A DNA stretch of 64,000 bases, from positions 10,168,001 through 10,232,000 of the forward strand of contig CM120643.1 in assembly GCA_051362555.1 (NCBI GenBank). The letters run 5' to 3'. The notes below the pieces were generated by a model. That model saw nothing but the letters and a program-made list of their open reading frames with translations, searched no databases and was not told the DNA's origin. Origin of the DNA: Lingula anatina. Taxonomy: Eukaryota > Animalia > Brachiopoda. Every line of letters starts with the position of its first letter. Position 1 is the stretch's first letter. Made by a program: the position numbers and the translations under genes. Positions 13,249-26,364 of the stretch are shown one piece after another.

Positions 13249-15771
13249 TGGGTCCCTCAGAAAACTTTCATTCCAAAAAATTTACTGCCGCTTGTGTTTT
13301 AAAGGGATAACAAAAAAGGACTTTCCAGCGGGAAACAACAATTTTCCCTTACTAACCAATGGTTAAGGAATCCATTCCAGAATTCAAAGTTCCTATTTTT
13401 TCCTTCTTAAGATAGTATTACAGAGGATAGATAGCCATCAGTGATGGTCACGTGGTTTGATGACAAGCACAGAATTACAAAATAATTGCATTAACCACAG
13501 TTTTGATGGTAAAATAGAATTTATCATACTTCTTTGAGTTGTTTATATGTATATATTGTGAAATATGGAATTCATACGAAGAGTTGTTATCCCTTTAACA
13601 ATTAAGACGATGAATATTGATTTTTCCATCAAGAAACAATATACTGTTCTTAATGATCCATCCAGTATGTTGTAATTTAACTGCTCTTTGTAGAGATGAC
13701 ATTCAAGAAATATGACCTAGAATTCTGTGCGTTTTGACATGTCATATTATAAAAATCTTGTATCTTATGGAATCGGTTTCAAAACATAATTTTGTATGTT
13801 TGCAACTCGGTTACATGTATGTTTAAGAATTCATAACATTCATTTTATACAAAGAGATTTGAGATAAAAAAGTTAATGCAAGTTTAATAATGATCTTGCT
13901 CACTTCCCAAGGTTGGACAATTTCATTTCATCAGTTTACCATGAGGATAGTGAAAGTTAAAGACAAGATTTAGTTTTTACTCTTTTGCAAAAATTTTGTA
14001 TCCACACATAAAATGTTGAATACTTCAGTGGTCTCTTCGCCACAACAGATATATTAGTTCCCTATATTAGGCGAGGCCAAAAAAGGAGGCTTGGTGTAGA
14101 TTTGTATATTCCGCACTGTGTGACAGACACACTAGGATAAATTCTGCTGCCATTCCAACATTAACTTACTACCTGTTTGCCCCTGTCACATAAAAATAAT
14201 ATTGTGAATGTGCTTTTGAATTCTTTCTTCATGAAGTCATGTTAGGCCAGATGAAATTGTTGAGTATTTTAACAGGTGGCGACTCTCTATAAACAGGACA
14301 ATTTTTTTGGTTTCAAAAATATGTTTGAAAATAGCTTAGAAAAAATTTTGGGGGAATAAATGTCAAATCGACAGTGTGTGCAATTTAAGAGCATAAATAC
14401 AACAGTATTAAGGTTTTTCCCAGGGTAAATTGTGAATTTTTGTCAACTTACCAAAATCAGTACCTAATGCATTTCATCATTTGAAAAAAAAAATTCATTG
14501 AAAAAACAATTTTTTTTTATTTCCATAAAATTAATGTTGGTCACACTTGTTAATCAACCGATCAATTTTGTCTGGCCATAATTTATGTGACAGCACATAC
14601 ATGTTTATACCTGTAGGCCTAATATTAGTTATTATTGCATGCTGGTCAGTTTTTCAAATTTAATTTCTTTTACCATTTTGTTCCCGTTTATATACTGGTG
14701 TAGTTATATACTGATCAAGTATAATTAAAGGGGGTTTAGTTTCAGAAAGGACATAAAAAAATTCTCAATTTCATAATCATTTCAGCATTTTGATTACAGC
14801 TTATCATTTATATAAGTCATAGATTTCAGTCATACTAACAACTAGGCTAGTAAAATTAATAATAATATACAGAAATAACAAAACAAAAATGACTGTACCT
14901 CTGTTTATTATATCACCTAGAAGCACAGCAATGACAATAAATATTGATACCAATTAAGTCAGTGACTTGGTTTTCCTGAAATAATCCCAAACCGTAAAAT
15001 TCTGAATAATACATATTACTCTCATGAAACCATTTAGGTGTGGCAATTATGACAGGTTTTATAACAGGTAATCATTCAAAAAAGGTGATTAGACCAAAAA
15101 AAAACAATTGACTACTGTAGTTAGCGATATCATTTTAGCAACCTAAGTCAAGCCCAAAAACATACTTTTTGTGACACAGCCCTCTAGATAACTTGCAAAA
15201 GTCAGGCAAATTGATGAAGTATCCCTCACCCACAATGAAACAGCAGTTTATTTCATGGAAAGTTTGAACCTATGAAGTAGTTATTAATACAGTAAAGGGG
15301 TAAAGCAGAGGTTTGATGTAAGAATGTAAAGACATCTAAAGGTAGAAAGAGTACAGAATAGGAGAGACTGATGACAGAACTATGAGATCAAATGTTCCCG
15401 TGTGAAAATTACTTAAAGGCGTACATGTACAACACTGTGCACAAGATCTTCATTTATATAATAACAAAAACTGTCAGCAGAAGAAATTTGTTTGTCTCCA
15501 TTTTCATGACCATAGTGACTCAAAAACTAAAAAATGAAGAGTAAACAACAGTTCTGATAATTTTGTCGTATGTCTTTTGGATATGGTATATCTTGATGAT
15601 TGAGAGAACTGATGAATTCAAGGAAATGATTTTTATTTGCTTTATAAATGTTAATGGTTCATTATGTGCCTTTATCAACCAGCTGTAACTCTTCTATATA
15701 TTATATTGCTGTGAACACAACCTTAAGGCAATATGCATTCACAAGAATTATTGCTCTTCATTTTTCTACAA

Positions 15772-18700
15772 CTATTTAGTTTTTTTCTCATCTTCCTCAA
15801 AAGACTGTCCGTATTCATTCACCCTGGTCTTGTCTACAGGATACAGCCTTAAATAGGAAAATTCAAAATTTAAGGACATGAAAAACATACATTTTCTAGA
15901 CATTTTTTTTTCAGACAAAGTTAAATGGATAACTGACACCCAATTTCCCACACAATAAAACCACTGAGTACTTCATTTAGCTGTCACTGTCTGGGGCCAG
16001 GGGCCTGTTTTACGAAGGAAACTGGTCTAAATTTCATGACAAAATTTTAGCCCCCTTTGGCCCAGGATTACTCAGTAGTAGTCCAACTGAATGAAATATT
16101 GCACATGCTTTCATAACAAAAGACATGGCTAATATTTTAAACCAATACATACAGTTCAGTTAAGTAAAATATAGACCAAATTGAGGACTTAAGGTTTTTA
16201 CCAATTTATCTTAAACTGAAATATAGACCAAATTGTGGACTAAAGGTTTATACCAATTTTCAGACTGAAGGTCTTTGTGTCAATGGCCCAAATCTATGAC
16301 AGAGCTACTGATACAAACAATTTTTCATAGAAATATGTAACTAAATGATTTATTAATTGCAAAACAACTGAATTAAGAAAACTAGATTTATTTCACTACC
16401 CACTCTAATAATAGTTCTCATAATAAGCCGAAAGAAGCAAACTGATTTAAGAGATGATAAATAAATAGGCAAAAGCATTGCCTTTCTTTTTAACTCACCA
16501 TCTTTGGTATAAATAAACAACGAAGACCAGGTCATCTCTAAAACAGGCTAGTCTGTGTGCAGTAGGCATGGTAATGATGAAGGCAAATATGTCATCTATG
16601 AAGGTATTAAAAGCCTACAAAAAATACAGGTTAAAATATGTAGCATTTTATAAAATCTGTTTAAACAACTACATAATTACAACATATTTACTGTGATATT
16701 TATCAGCCTCTGGGCTCAGGTTTAAAGTTTCATTTTCTTTGTTGGTTTTATTTTATATACAATTTCACTCAAACATTCTTGCACACTTGGATACTTGAAA
16801 ATTCCATGATAAATTTTCTCTAACCAAGGGTCAAAATATGTGTTATCTTTTATTCTTTGCAATTTTCACGAGTCCAACTGATAAAAACCCACAAACTTCA
16901 AATTTCTCAGTAATTCCAAAAATTTATTTTAATTCATTCACAATTCATCCTTTGCCATTACTAACAAATTAAAAAGATACCTACTGACAGGAGTCCTAAA
17001 TGCTTTTTGATTTTTTTTAAATGTCTTCCAAAAAATTACTAGCAAAATATTCTGGAGGATATTTGGACAAAGACGAAAAAGTTTATTAAGATTTACAGCA
17101 AAAATTACCATAAATCTTGTTTCCTTACCTTATACATAAAAGCACGCCAGGGTAAATGGGCTACAGATTTTAACTGTAAAACACAATCATGAAAACATCC
17201 AGTCAAATAAAATAACTTTTTCCTTCTATTTGCAAACAAATAAACTATTTTCACAGATTTTATCTGAAAATTGTTGTTAGCACAGATACGAACATTTGCT
17301 GTCAAAACCAATAATTTCCCTACATACAATTTTAATACAAATTCAAATAAATAGCCATTGAGCAACATTTTACCTAATATACTGTGCAGCACTCAGAACT
17401 TTACTCTTCATTTTAGTCTTACCTTATAGTTTACAAAAAGTTGAGGCAGCATGAATAAAAACCCAAAGGCATATACACCTAAAGACAAAAAAAAATTCAA
17501 TTTATTATGTTCCACAATGCCAAAAATGCACACAATTAAAGAGGCAGTAATTCAATATCAGCCACTGATATTCAAATTTAATGCATAAAGTTAAACAGCA
17601 CTTTAAAAAATACAACACAAAATTCAGACACAGCCCCATAAAAGGGTAAATCAAAGAAATTTTATCCACATCTCTTCATCTTGAACACTTACCATTAACC
17701 AAACTTTGGATGCACCATGAGTACCAACTGAAATTGAACGAATAAAATTATAATAAGTCTCAAGTTGCCAATGGCACACAGAGGAAAGTTATCAATAATA
17801 AATATTTCACTAACATGTATTTCTAGCTTGTTTTACATACTTTAACATTTATACCCAACATCACCTTCACCTTACACTGTTTCAAACAAAAAGACCAAAA
17901 GCCAGATTCATTTTAAAGAATCTAAGTGTGATCTGTATTTTCTATACATTATTCGCTGCTCATCTTGTTTGAATTTCTAAAAAATGCACAGATAAGTCTC
18001 ATATTGCTTCTAAATTGCAAGACTAATTCTTATGACACTAAAATAACCATTCACAATTAAAAAAGCAATTACGTGGACAATTTAATGATTAAAAAAATAA
18101 TTTAATTCAGTAAACTAGAAAGCATGGAAACATAGTGAACCCTTTTACTAACTTTTCAAACTTCTGAATAACCATTTAAAGAATTACAAGCAACGCATTT
18201 TTAATTGTTCGGGGGATGGGGGGTTATTAATTCACGTTGTTTGACTCTGTTGAGTATTTATATATATATGAAAGCTCACCTTTTGTGTGGAACATATATC
18301 AGGGAGTACCCTGCCCCACCAATACACAATGGGTATAAGAGATAAGATAAATATTTCATGGCCTGGAAATAAAACAATACTTAACTAGAGGATCAGAGAG
18401 GCGATACCGCCTCCGGATATTGTACCACCAGCTGGAGTAAGCGCATTCGAATGGAACCACCACCCCCCCCCCCCAAAAAAAGGGACACCACAACCAGTCT
18501 TGTCCTTGACAAGCTCTATGCAATAAACAAGAATTTTCAAAATATGCAAAAAAAAAAAAAAGAAGAAAAAACATAACATAAAAATGGTCCAATCAAGCGG
18601 ATTTTCCAATTGGCCTGTATTTTCCTAACATTGATCACTCCTGTGATTTTCTAGACAATAGGCCTATTGGTTTTCCTTGAAATGTGTTATCAGTGTTGCA

Positions 18701-21700
18701 TATATGCTGACAAAAGAGAAAACCTAAGGGCAACACTGAGCATATCTCTGCTAGTTTTGAAGATATGAGGGGCAAGAAAATATGCAAAGGTCAGTTCATG
18801 GTCTATGATTTCCTATTCAAGTTAAATAGTAACTATGGGTATCTCCTTGCTAATTTTGGAGATAAAGAGGCCAGAAAACATGCAAAGTACAGTTCATCAT
18901 AAAAAGTAGCTCAAAGGTCAATTTCAAGGTCACAGTTAGATTGCCAGTATATGACTTCCTGTTCAGGTTCAATAGTAACTATGGGTATATCTCTGCGAGT
19001 TTTCGAGATATAAGGGAGATAATTTTTGCAAAGTTCAGTTCATGGTGAAAAGTAGGTCAAAGGTCAATTTCAAGGTCACAGTTAGATTATCAGTATATGA
19101 CTTCCTATTCAAGTTCAATAGTAACTAAGGGCTTATCTCTGCTAATTTTTGAGTAATTCACATTTTATTTTCACCACTGAATTTTGGATGTTGAACTTTT
19201 TGATATAGTGCAATGCCTAAGCCGTATCAAAAACAAAAAAAATGGACACCACCCCCAGTGTTGCCCTTGACAAGTTCTACAAAATGCAAAAAACAAGAGG
19301 TCTCTAGCATTAACGGTTCCAGAATTAGAGAGAATTTTCAGTTTCGGCATCTAATGGCCGCTACTACCATGAAAATGCACCGATTGACCCCAAACTCACG
19401 AAAATGAAAGATGACCCTAAGGGTAACACCTGCTCATAATATTATAGGTAAGATATGTTTCGTTTCTAAATATCGGCTGAAATAAAAATTTTCTAGCAAA
19501 AAATTCCCATTTTTAGAAAATTTTGGCCTGTTTGACGTTGAAATAAAGGTCAAAGGTCAAATCCAAGGGCATATTTGAAATCCTCACATATGACTTTTGG
19601 TCAGCCATCTGTAGTAATTTTTCCCATAATTCCATCGGTCTGGGAGATATTTAGCATTGAATTTTCAAAATTTTTGACAAGGGTGCATTTCAAAGAGCGT
19701 CATGCCCAGGTCAATGCACCAACTGAGACAAAAAAACCTGGGGGTTCAAGTTGAGATTATATGTGACCTAAATCCAAGAGATGGGGACACAGGTCCTTGC
19801 GGTCTAGGAGGAGAAGCGGTAACGGTGACTCGTATCCCACGTCATCCTGCGGAGCCGCAGGAGCCGGCGGAGCCGCAGGAGCCGGCGGAGCCGGCGGAGC
19901 TGTACGAGACGGGTCGGGACTAAAACCATGAGTACCGCCAGCGTACACGCTGGTGGTACTAATTACTTTGATAAACAAAGGTTTGGGAAGAGGACGGAAG
20001 AGGGGGATGAGAGATTATTGCCCTAGAAATGAGCTGGTCTGCACAATCACGGATGGATTGGATAATGGTTAATAACAAGAAATTAAGTATAAATATTGGA
20101 CAATGTCAAAGATGTGAGCATATAAAAAGGGCAATGAGAAATACATTACTGGAATTTTGAATCTAGGATCACAGCATGATAGCCCTTATTTGTGTTGAAA
20201 ATGTGAATCATAAGAAAAAATAGTAAACTGGCAACAACAGTTTACAGGTCAAAAAGTTTTTCACTTGGTTTAATTAAATATAATTACATATGCAAATGCA
20301 ATATCCAGGCAAAAGGTCCTTTAATACCTTTAATATAAAAAGCTACATCTGAAAATCATGTTTTAGAACATACTATCTAGAAAATGTAGTTGGATTTCAA
20401 ACAAAAATAGATATGCAGTATATGTATATCTGTATGGCACCAAAATTCACATGTAACCATGCATACTATACCTCAGAATCAAAAGCTGCTGTTTCTTTTT
20501 CTTTTTCTGAGGTGGCTCCAAGCTGTAACATATGAAAGCAGTGGAGTTTATACAATACTATATATACTGGATGTGGATAATCTATCATGATAAATATATT
20601 CAACTCCAAACATATCCCTCCCCTGGATACTTAGATATAAAAAGTATTGTAAGTGAATGAAAGGCACGCTGTGCAAGTAAGACTTTTCTTACAGCAAAAA
20701 GTGAAAGAAATCCATGAAATTTCAGCAATTTTGCCTTTATTACAGTGGTGTAGTACCTTCCAAAACCAATGAGAAATTTACATCAAAAACCTGTAGTTAG
20801 GTGCTTAGTGTCCAAGTTTTACCATTACACATGAAAATCACCAGTCTCCATCTCGATCCTCAATCTGAACATGGCTCAAATCTAGAAACTTTGAAATCAC
20901 AGTTTATACTGTGACCCTTATGCTTGTCCAACTCACCTGGAAAGTTGGTTTCCACCGGTTCCATAAAATCTGTACTTTAAATGCCTTAGTAACTTTCCAC
21001 ATCTACAATAAATAAACAAATATGTAAATAACATTTTCTTGAGTGATTGAACAAACAGCTGAATAGACAAACATGAATATCTGGGATATAATGAAATATC
21101 TTGTAATTGGTAAAAATGTCATTTTTTACTTTTAAATAATGAAAAAGAGAAAAGTTATCATTCAAGCATTTTTTTTTCTTTAGTCATATTGCCTTATACT
21201 GGAAATCAGAATTTAAAGATGTCTTTTGAAAACAAACTTTAAAAAGTTTTAAATTCATATCTTAACAATGCATTTAATATACATTCTAACATTATCTAAT
21301 AATTTTATTTAGAAGATAAATAATTCAGTGAGTGTTTTTTTTTTTTCGTACCTCTATTATTGTACCAATGCCTGCAGGAATTAAAACCAGTAAACTTGTT
21401 TCTTCATCCATTAGATACAGAAATATGATGAATGTGCTTATACTTCGCCACAGGACTAAAAATCAACGAGAGAAAAGGTGAAAGAAACTTTCAAGTTAAA
21501 CTAAAATGTATGTTATTATTACCTGGAATTGCAGTAGGCTAAAAACTTTTCTGTTAAAGTTAAAACCAGCCTCCAGTCTACAATCAAGAATTACCCAAAT
21601 ATGGTATTTTGTTAAGTTAAGAAACGGGCCATATTAACACTAAAAAATTATTTTGTAAACCTCTTCATAAAAAGTGCTTACCTGCACGCCCCGACAGCCC

Positions 21701-24700
21701 TACCATTGTGTCCCTGTTTCTCCAGTAACTGATGTCATTTTTGAAGGCAAGAAAATCAAACAGTAACTGGAAGGGGAATGAAGGTCATATCAACTAGGGT
21801 AAGTACACCCAGAAATCCAAACAAAGTTGATTAATCCTATAAAGGTTTCTTGGGAGTAGCTAAAAATGACAAATTGTGAAAGAATAACAAATACCAAAAA
21901 AGGTGAGGTGGTTGAAATTTGTCAACTGAGAGTCTGATTTTAAAAAAATAAACTTCACCTTGAATAATCCAACTAATACGAGTTGCAATAAACATATTTT
22001 ATCAAACATTTCTCTTTTATTTTTAATCTTTTATTTTTTTCTCAAAAAAAAAAAGGAGGATCTACTCACATGGAATGCTGCCACAATAAAGGTGAGTGCT
22101 AAAAAATAGAAGTTAGTGTCTGCAAATATACCCTTTACTTCATCTGTATCCTTCTCTGAAAATCCTATAAAAGGGATTAAACAACATCAATTATTGACCC
22201 CAATTATTGACCCTTTAATATGGCAAGTTAGTAATTTATTTTACCCATGGTGAACACTTTGGTTGATGAACCTTTCTTGTTATGATTAAAATCCATGGGC
22301 AAAATCATTTTATTAAGAACATTTGTTACAGCTTTTGTCATTATTATTTGCAGATTATTTTTTTTTAAATATCAATTGAATGAAAAATATAGAAGTAAAA
22401 AATACCTCGTTTACAAAACTCCCACCAAAATTTGAATATTAAAGACATGGATGATTTTAGTGGCTTAACCATGTGTTTTTGTCTGTGATATTTTACTCAA
22501 TTTCATTTCTTTTCAAAACTGAGAGCAACGGTACAATCGGAATATATAGCCAAACTTAGTTCCTTAATTTAGAAAATTCTCTTTACAATGTGCAGTTTCA
22601 GCCCCCCCCCCCCCTCCAAAAAAAAAAAAAAATTATATTCATGTTCTATACCTAAAGCATGCAGACTATTCATTGATTCCTCCAGGTGGAGCCACATTCT
22701 GAGTTTTCCAACTGAGATAGGAAAGTAGTTGATGGTGAGAGGCATCTCCTTGGAACTTGCATTCACCACCTGGAGAAAAATGTCATACATTTTTGTCATA
22801 AATATGCTACAAAGCGATTCAATTTTTACAGTATCTTTATTATTTAAAACAAATTATCTAAGCTTCTGTCAAACCTATGCACTTATTCCACTAGTACTTA
22901 AAATATTAAAACAGACTTCTAAATGTACACAAGAGTAATGTATGTATTATTAAATGAATCTTCATTAAAACATCTGTATTTCTAGGCCAAGGCCTTTCTA
23001 AAAAGGAAATCTTATTATCATTATCAAAATTCAATTGTGATGGAAAAACCAAGTTATGTCAGGGCAATAATTGTCCTTGTTTGAAAAATTTATCTTACCT
23101 ATGCAAACTGTGATATCTCATTAACAAAATCAAGTTTTAGATAGGAAATATTCAACATTTCTTTTTAAAGAAAAGCTAGCTAAAAATACTCATTACAGCA
23201 AATTCTTTTCTTAATTTTCACATTTATATTACCAAAATATCTTTGATCCTAAATCCCAATTGGTCAATGTATAAAAGAGGAAGATAGTCACCATTTGGGG
23301 AAACCCTGAAAAACAAGAAAAGGTTTGAATAAACGACATCAAATCCTCTACCCCAAGTACCCTTCTCAAATTAAGTTCAAGAGAGTTAACAAGGTGTTAA
23401 TTCATTTTCATTTCCCTTACTTTTTTAATGTATTTTTCCCTTACTTTTTTAATGTACAAAAAGAGGTGAAAAAAATATATTAAAATAGAATTTATAGGAA
23501 AATGGAAATACTGCTGTGTGTTATAACTAATTTAAAAAAACTGTATATAAATAAATATATTATATTTATATTATAAATCACTAGTCCATAGTATCGAATT
23601 TAACAAACCAGTTCTATGTAAGACAAATACCTAGAACCTTGTGTATTCAAAATGTGTCCAAATAGTGTGATTCTGACTGATCATGCATGTGCATTCATGT
23701 CCATGCAAGCAAAATAAGACCTACACATCCGTGCATGCGTGCGTGCATGCGGGTGCAAGTGTGTGTACATTCAAACATGTCCTACCTGAGTATTTTGTAA
23801 ATCTCTCCTGGGATGCCCATCCTATCAAATGCTATGTCATCATTCATGACATTAACTGTTAGTTTTTTCCTCCAGTGGGTCTGAGTTTTGCCAACTATCC
23901 TTGTATTAGGCAGTGCCTGAGTCAGATACAGATAGATATAACAATTACAATAAATATGATTTTAGAGAAATTTCTGTAAACAATAAATATCAGTCACATC
24001 TAAACTTCAAAATCTTCAAACATAAAAGTTGCACAGTCATATTTATCTAAATTTTTTCCATTCTAGTCTTGGAGAGAAAAAAAAAAACACTTCCTTTATG
24101 TCTGCCACCTTTAGCTTCAACAATCTTTCACATTCAATTTTTCCCTTCATTTGAATGTTGTTTTTCAAAGAAAATATTTTGAAAATATTGTAATAAAAGC
24201 ATTTCCATATTATTTATTTGTGCTTTGTAACCTTAAGATATGTCAATAATGCACAAAACGGACAAAATGAAGGCACACGAAAGACTAACACTTTCACATA
24301 TCAGACCATGTGGCCAAACCAATATTAAGCAATTCTAATGTAATACCATCAATTATAATTGAAAGATTACTACCTCTTCTGCACTGCCCATTAGATTAAA
24401 AGTTTCTGCCTTTGGCACAGCATAAGTGGTCAACCTGCTGGACGCCAGCACTGTCCAGGGTCCAAAGGGGGACTGACCCCTGCGGCACACTAGGGCATGG
24501 ACGTATAGTGTGCCATTATTCCTGGTCTTCGCAGGGAGAGTGACATTGAAAGTTCTGAAGAATAAGGTCTAATATTAAAGAGATTTTTAGCAACTTGGGC
24601 CAAATTTACTGGCTTCTGAGCCAATATCATGCAATAATGAAGTTACGCCATCAACTTTAATGAGATTTGTGCAAACAGGTAGGCAAACATATAACACACA

Positions 24701-25739
24701 CACACGAAATGATTTGGCATTTCTGTCTACTTTTTACAGCAATTTTTACAGCAAAAGTCACATTGGAAGTTTTTTTAAATGTAACATTTTATGATCATTG
24801 TGCTGCTGTACTGCAATACGTTAGATGAAAGACTATTCACTGAATTTTCTAGTACTTGCCAATGGGGAGCACATGATATATAATTATGTATTTTGCAGAT
24901 AAGTATAAAAACAACTTTTAAAAAAATACATTTAACATATCTTTAAAACTTTATTTATGAATTACCATCTTTATTACTCTAAACATACATGATAATACTA
25001 ACTTTTCAATATTCTCACTTGGATCAAAGTCGTCCAACTTCCATAACAACTTGGCATTCTTCTCTGAGGTAAGAGTTTCTTTCAATGATGTATAAATCCT
25101 TAACTACAAAAGAAGGTGGGAAATTTATAATTGTATCAAATATTATGACAAATTTATTACTAATTTCAAAGTATTAAAACTGATGCTAATAACCAGCAAT
25201 TTTTAAAATATTTTTCTCTTTTTCCTACGGCTTTCCTCCATTACTGATGAGAACACAGTTAAATAAAGAAGAGAAATAGTGATCATTATTTTGATAGTCT
25301 GTGTAACCTTACCCTTTTGAAGCATTATAAAATTCATCTTTGGCATTTATTTCTACCACAAATATACACATGTACATGTATCAAGATTCTTTAGCAGATG
25401 TGTTTAAGTGACACGAGGAGCTTTCAACCACTCGTCAAATTGGGCATGAAACAGCAGTTATTAACAAATGTAAAAAAAAATAATAATTAAAAAAAACATA
25501 GCTCACATTTGACCTATAAAAAGCACTAACCATAAAAAATTTCTCAGTGAGTGTTCAACCTGAAATTCATATAAATATTACATTACCTCTAACTGTGGCT
25601 TTTGAGCAAGGTATGACTTGATGCAGTTACTTTTTGGTGGGCATGGTGTAGGAAAAAAGATCCCATAAATTGTCCAGATGGAATGTCCAACGTAAGCCAG
25701 AAAAAGGCCAGATATTAAAAATGTGAAAGAGGGTTTCAT
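15772..25739 (-). CDS. CLPTM1L: CLPTM1-like protein (ER lipid scramblase CLPTM1L), 17 coding exons, 522 aa
   Basis: Exons (minus): 25587-25739, 25003-25103, 24374-24554, 23786-23916, 23233-23305, 22652-22769, 22070-22164, 21682-21766, 21352-21455, 20937-21002, 20472-20522, 18280-18362, 17693-17727, 17423-17478, 17129-17173, 16499-16614, 15772-15847. All introns are GT-AG and the phases are consistent (total 1569 nt). Diagnostic peptides: [111 protein letters not shown]. Confidence 0.96.
18383..19290 (+). mobile_element. Second copy of the Helitron/Helentron-like tandem-repeat element, inside a CLPTM1L intron
   Basis: Begins AACTAGAGGATCAGAGAGGCGATACCGCCTCC, the reverse complement of 1085-1117. 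It carries AGGTCAAAGGTCAATTTCAAGGTCA-containing units (near 18840, 18987 and 19134), and its end matches the reverse complement of positions 1-70. Confidence 0.75.
19291..19962 (+). mobile_element. Helentron/DINE-1-like non-autonomous element (different family) abutting the previous one
   Basis: Starts AACAAGAG and contains an AGGTCAAAGGTCA motif and a GC-rich 9/18-bp minisatellite (GCGGAGCCGCAGGAGCCG, ~19848-19900). It ends in a near-perfect hairpin AGTACCGCCAGCGT-AC-ACGCTGGTGGTACT (19931-19960) followed by AA. Confidence 0.6.
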
Positions 25740-26364
25740 TATCCTGAAATAACAACAATAATAATCTATTTAACAATAACAATAAAAATACATGTCACAT
25801 GTTGGCATGTGGAACGGCAGTTTTTGCTTAATAATAAACTAATAAAATAAAGAATCTAAGAAAAAGAAAAAAAAAAGCTATGACATTACCTTTAATTTTA
25901 GAGGTAATATCAAAGATACAAAAGTACAAAATTCTGGATAAAAAGACCTTTCAGAAGATGTAACTTGGGTTTATATCCCAATTTTTTTTTATATTTTTTT
26001 TTTTTTCTGATATCACTACCTCATAACACCAACACTGGATAAAAACTCTGGTGCCCAATTCGTGAACTGATACAAAATGACTTTATCTGTTAATTATATG
26101 CTTCAAAGTGCGATGGGGGAATGCGCTATATTGCGCAATTCAGGGACACCGCTATGTACAGGTGTAGTACTATGGCATCGGCCAACAATGCAACATACAA
26201 ATCGGCCCCATATAAGTACAGTAAATATACAAATGTCCACCAACAACAAATTATTTTTTAATTCATTTTTTAATTACACGCGGATCTTTTCTTACTTCAA
26301 TGGGGGCAGAATACGTCATGAGTGACAAATTATCAACTGCAACAGCTTAAAATATATAGATTTC

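Noticed and set aside
13249-15771. TERT next to CLPTM1L, as in vertebrates
   Set aside because: No reverse-transcriptase-like coding sequence is present; the 3' neighbour is the sacsin-like gene.
19702-19978. ORFs with PAEPQE / PPAPPA repeats
   Set aside because: They are translations of the GC-rich minisatellite inside a repeat element.
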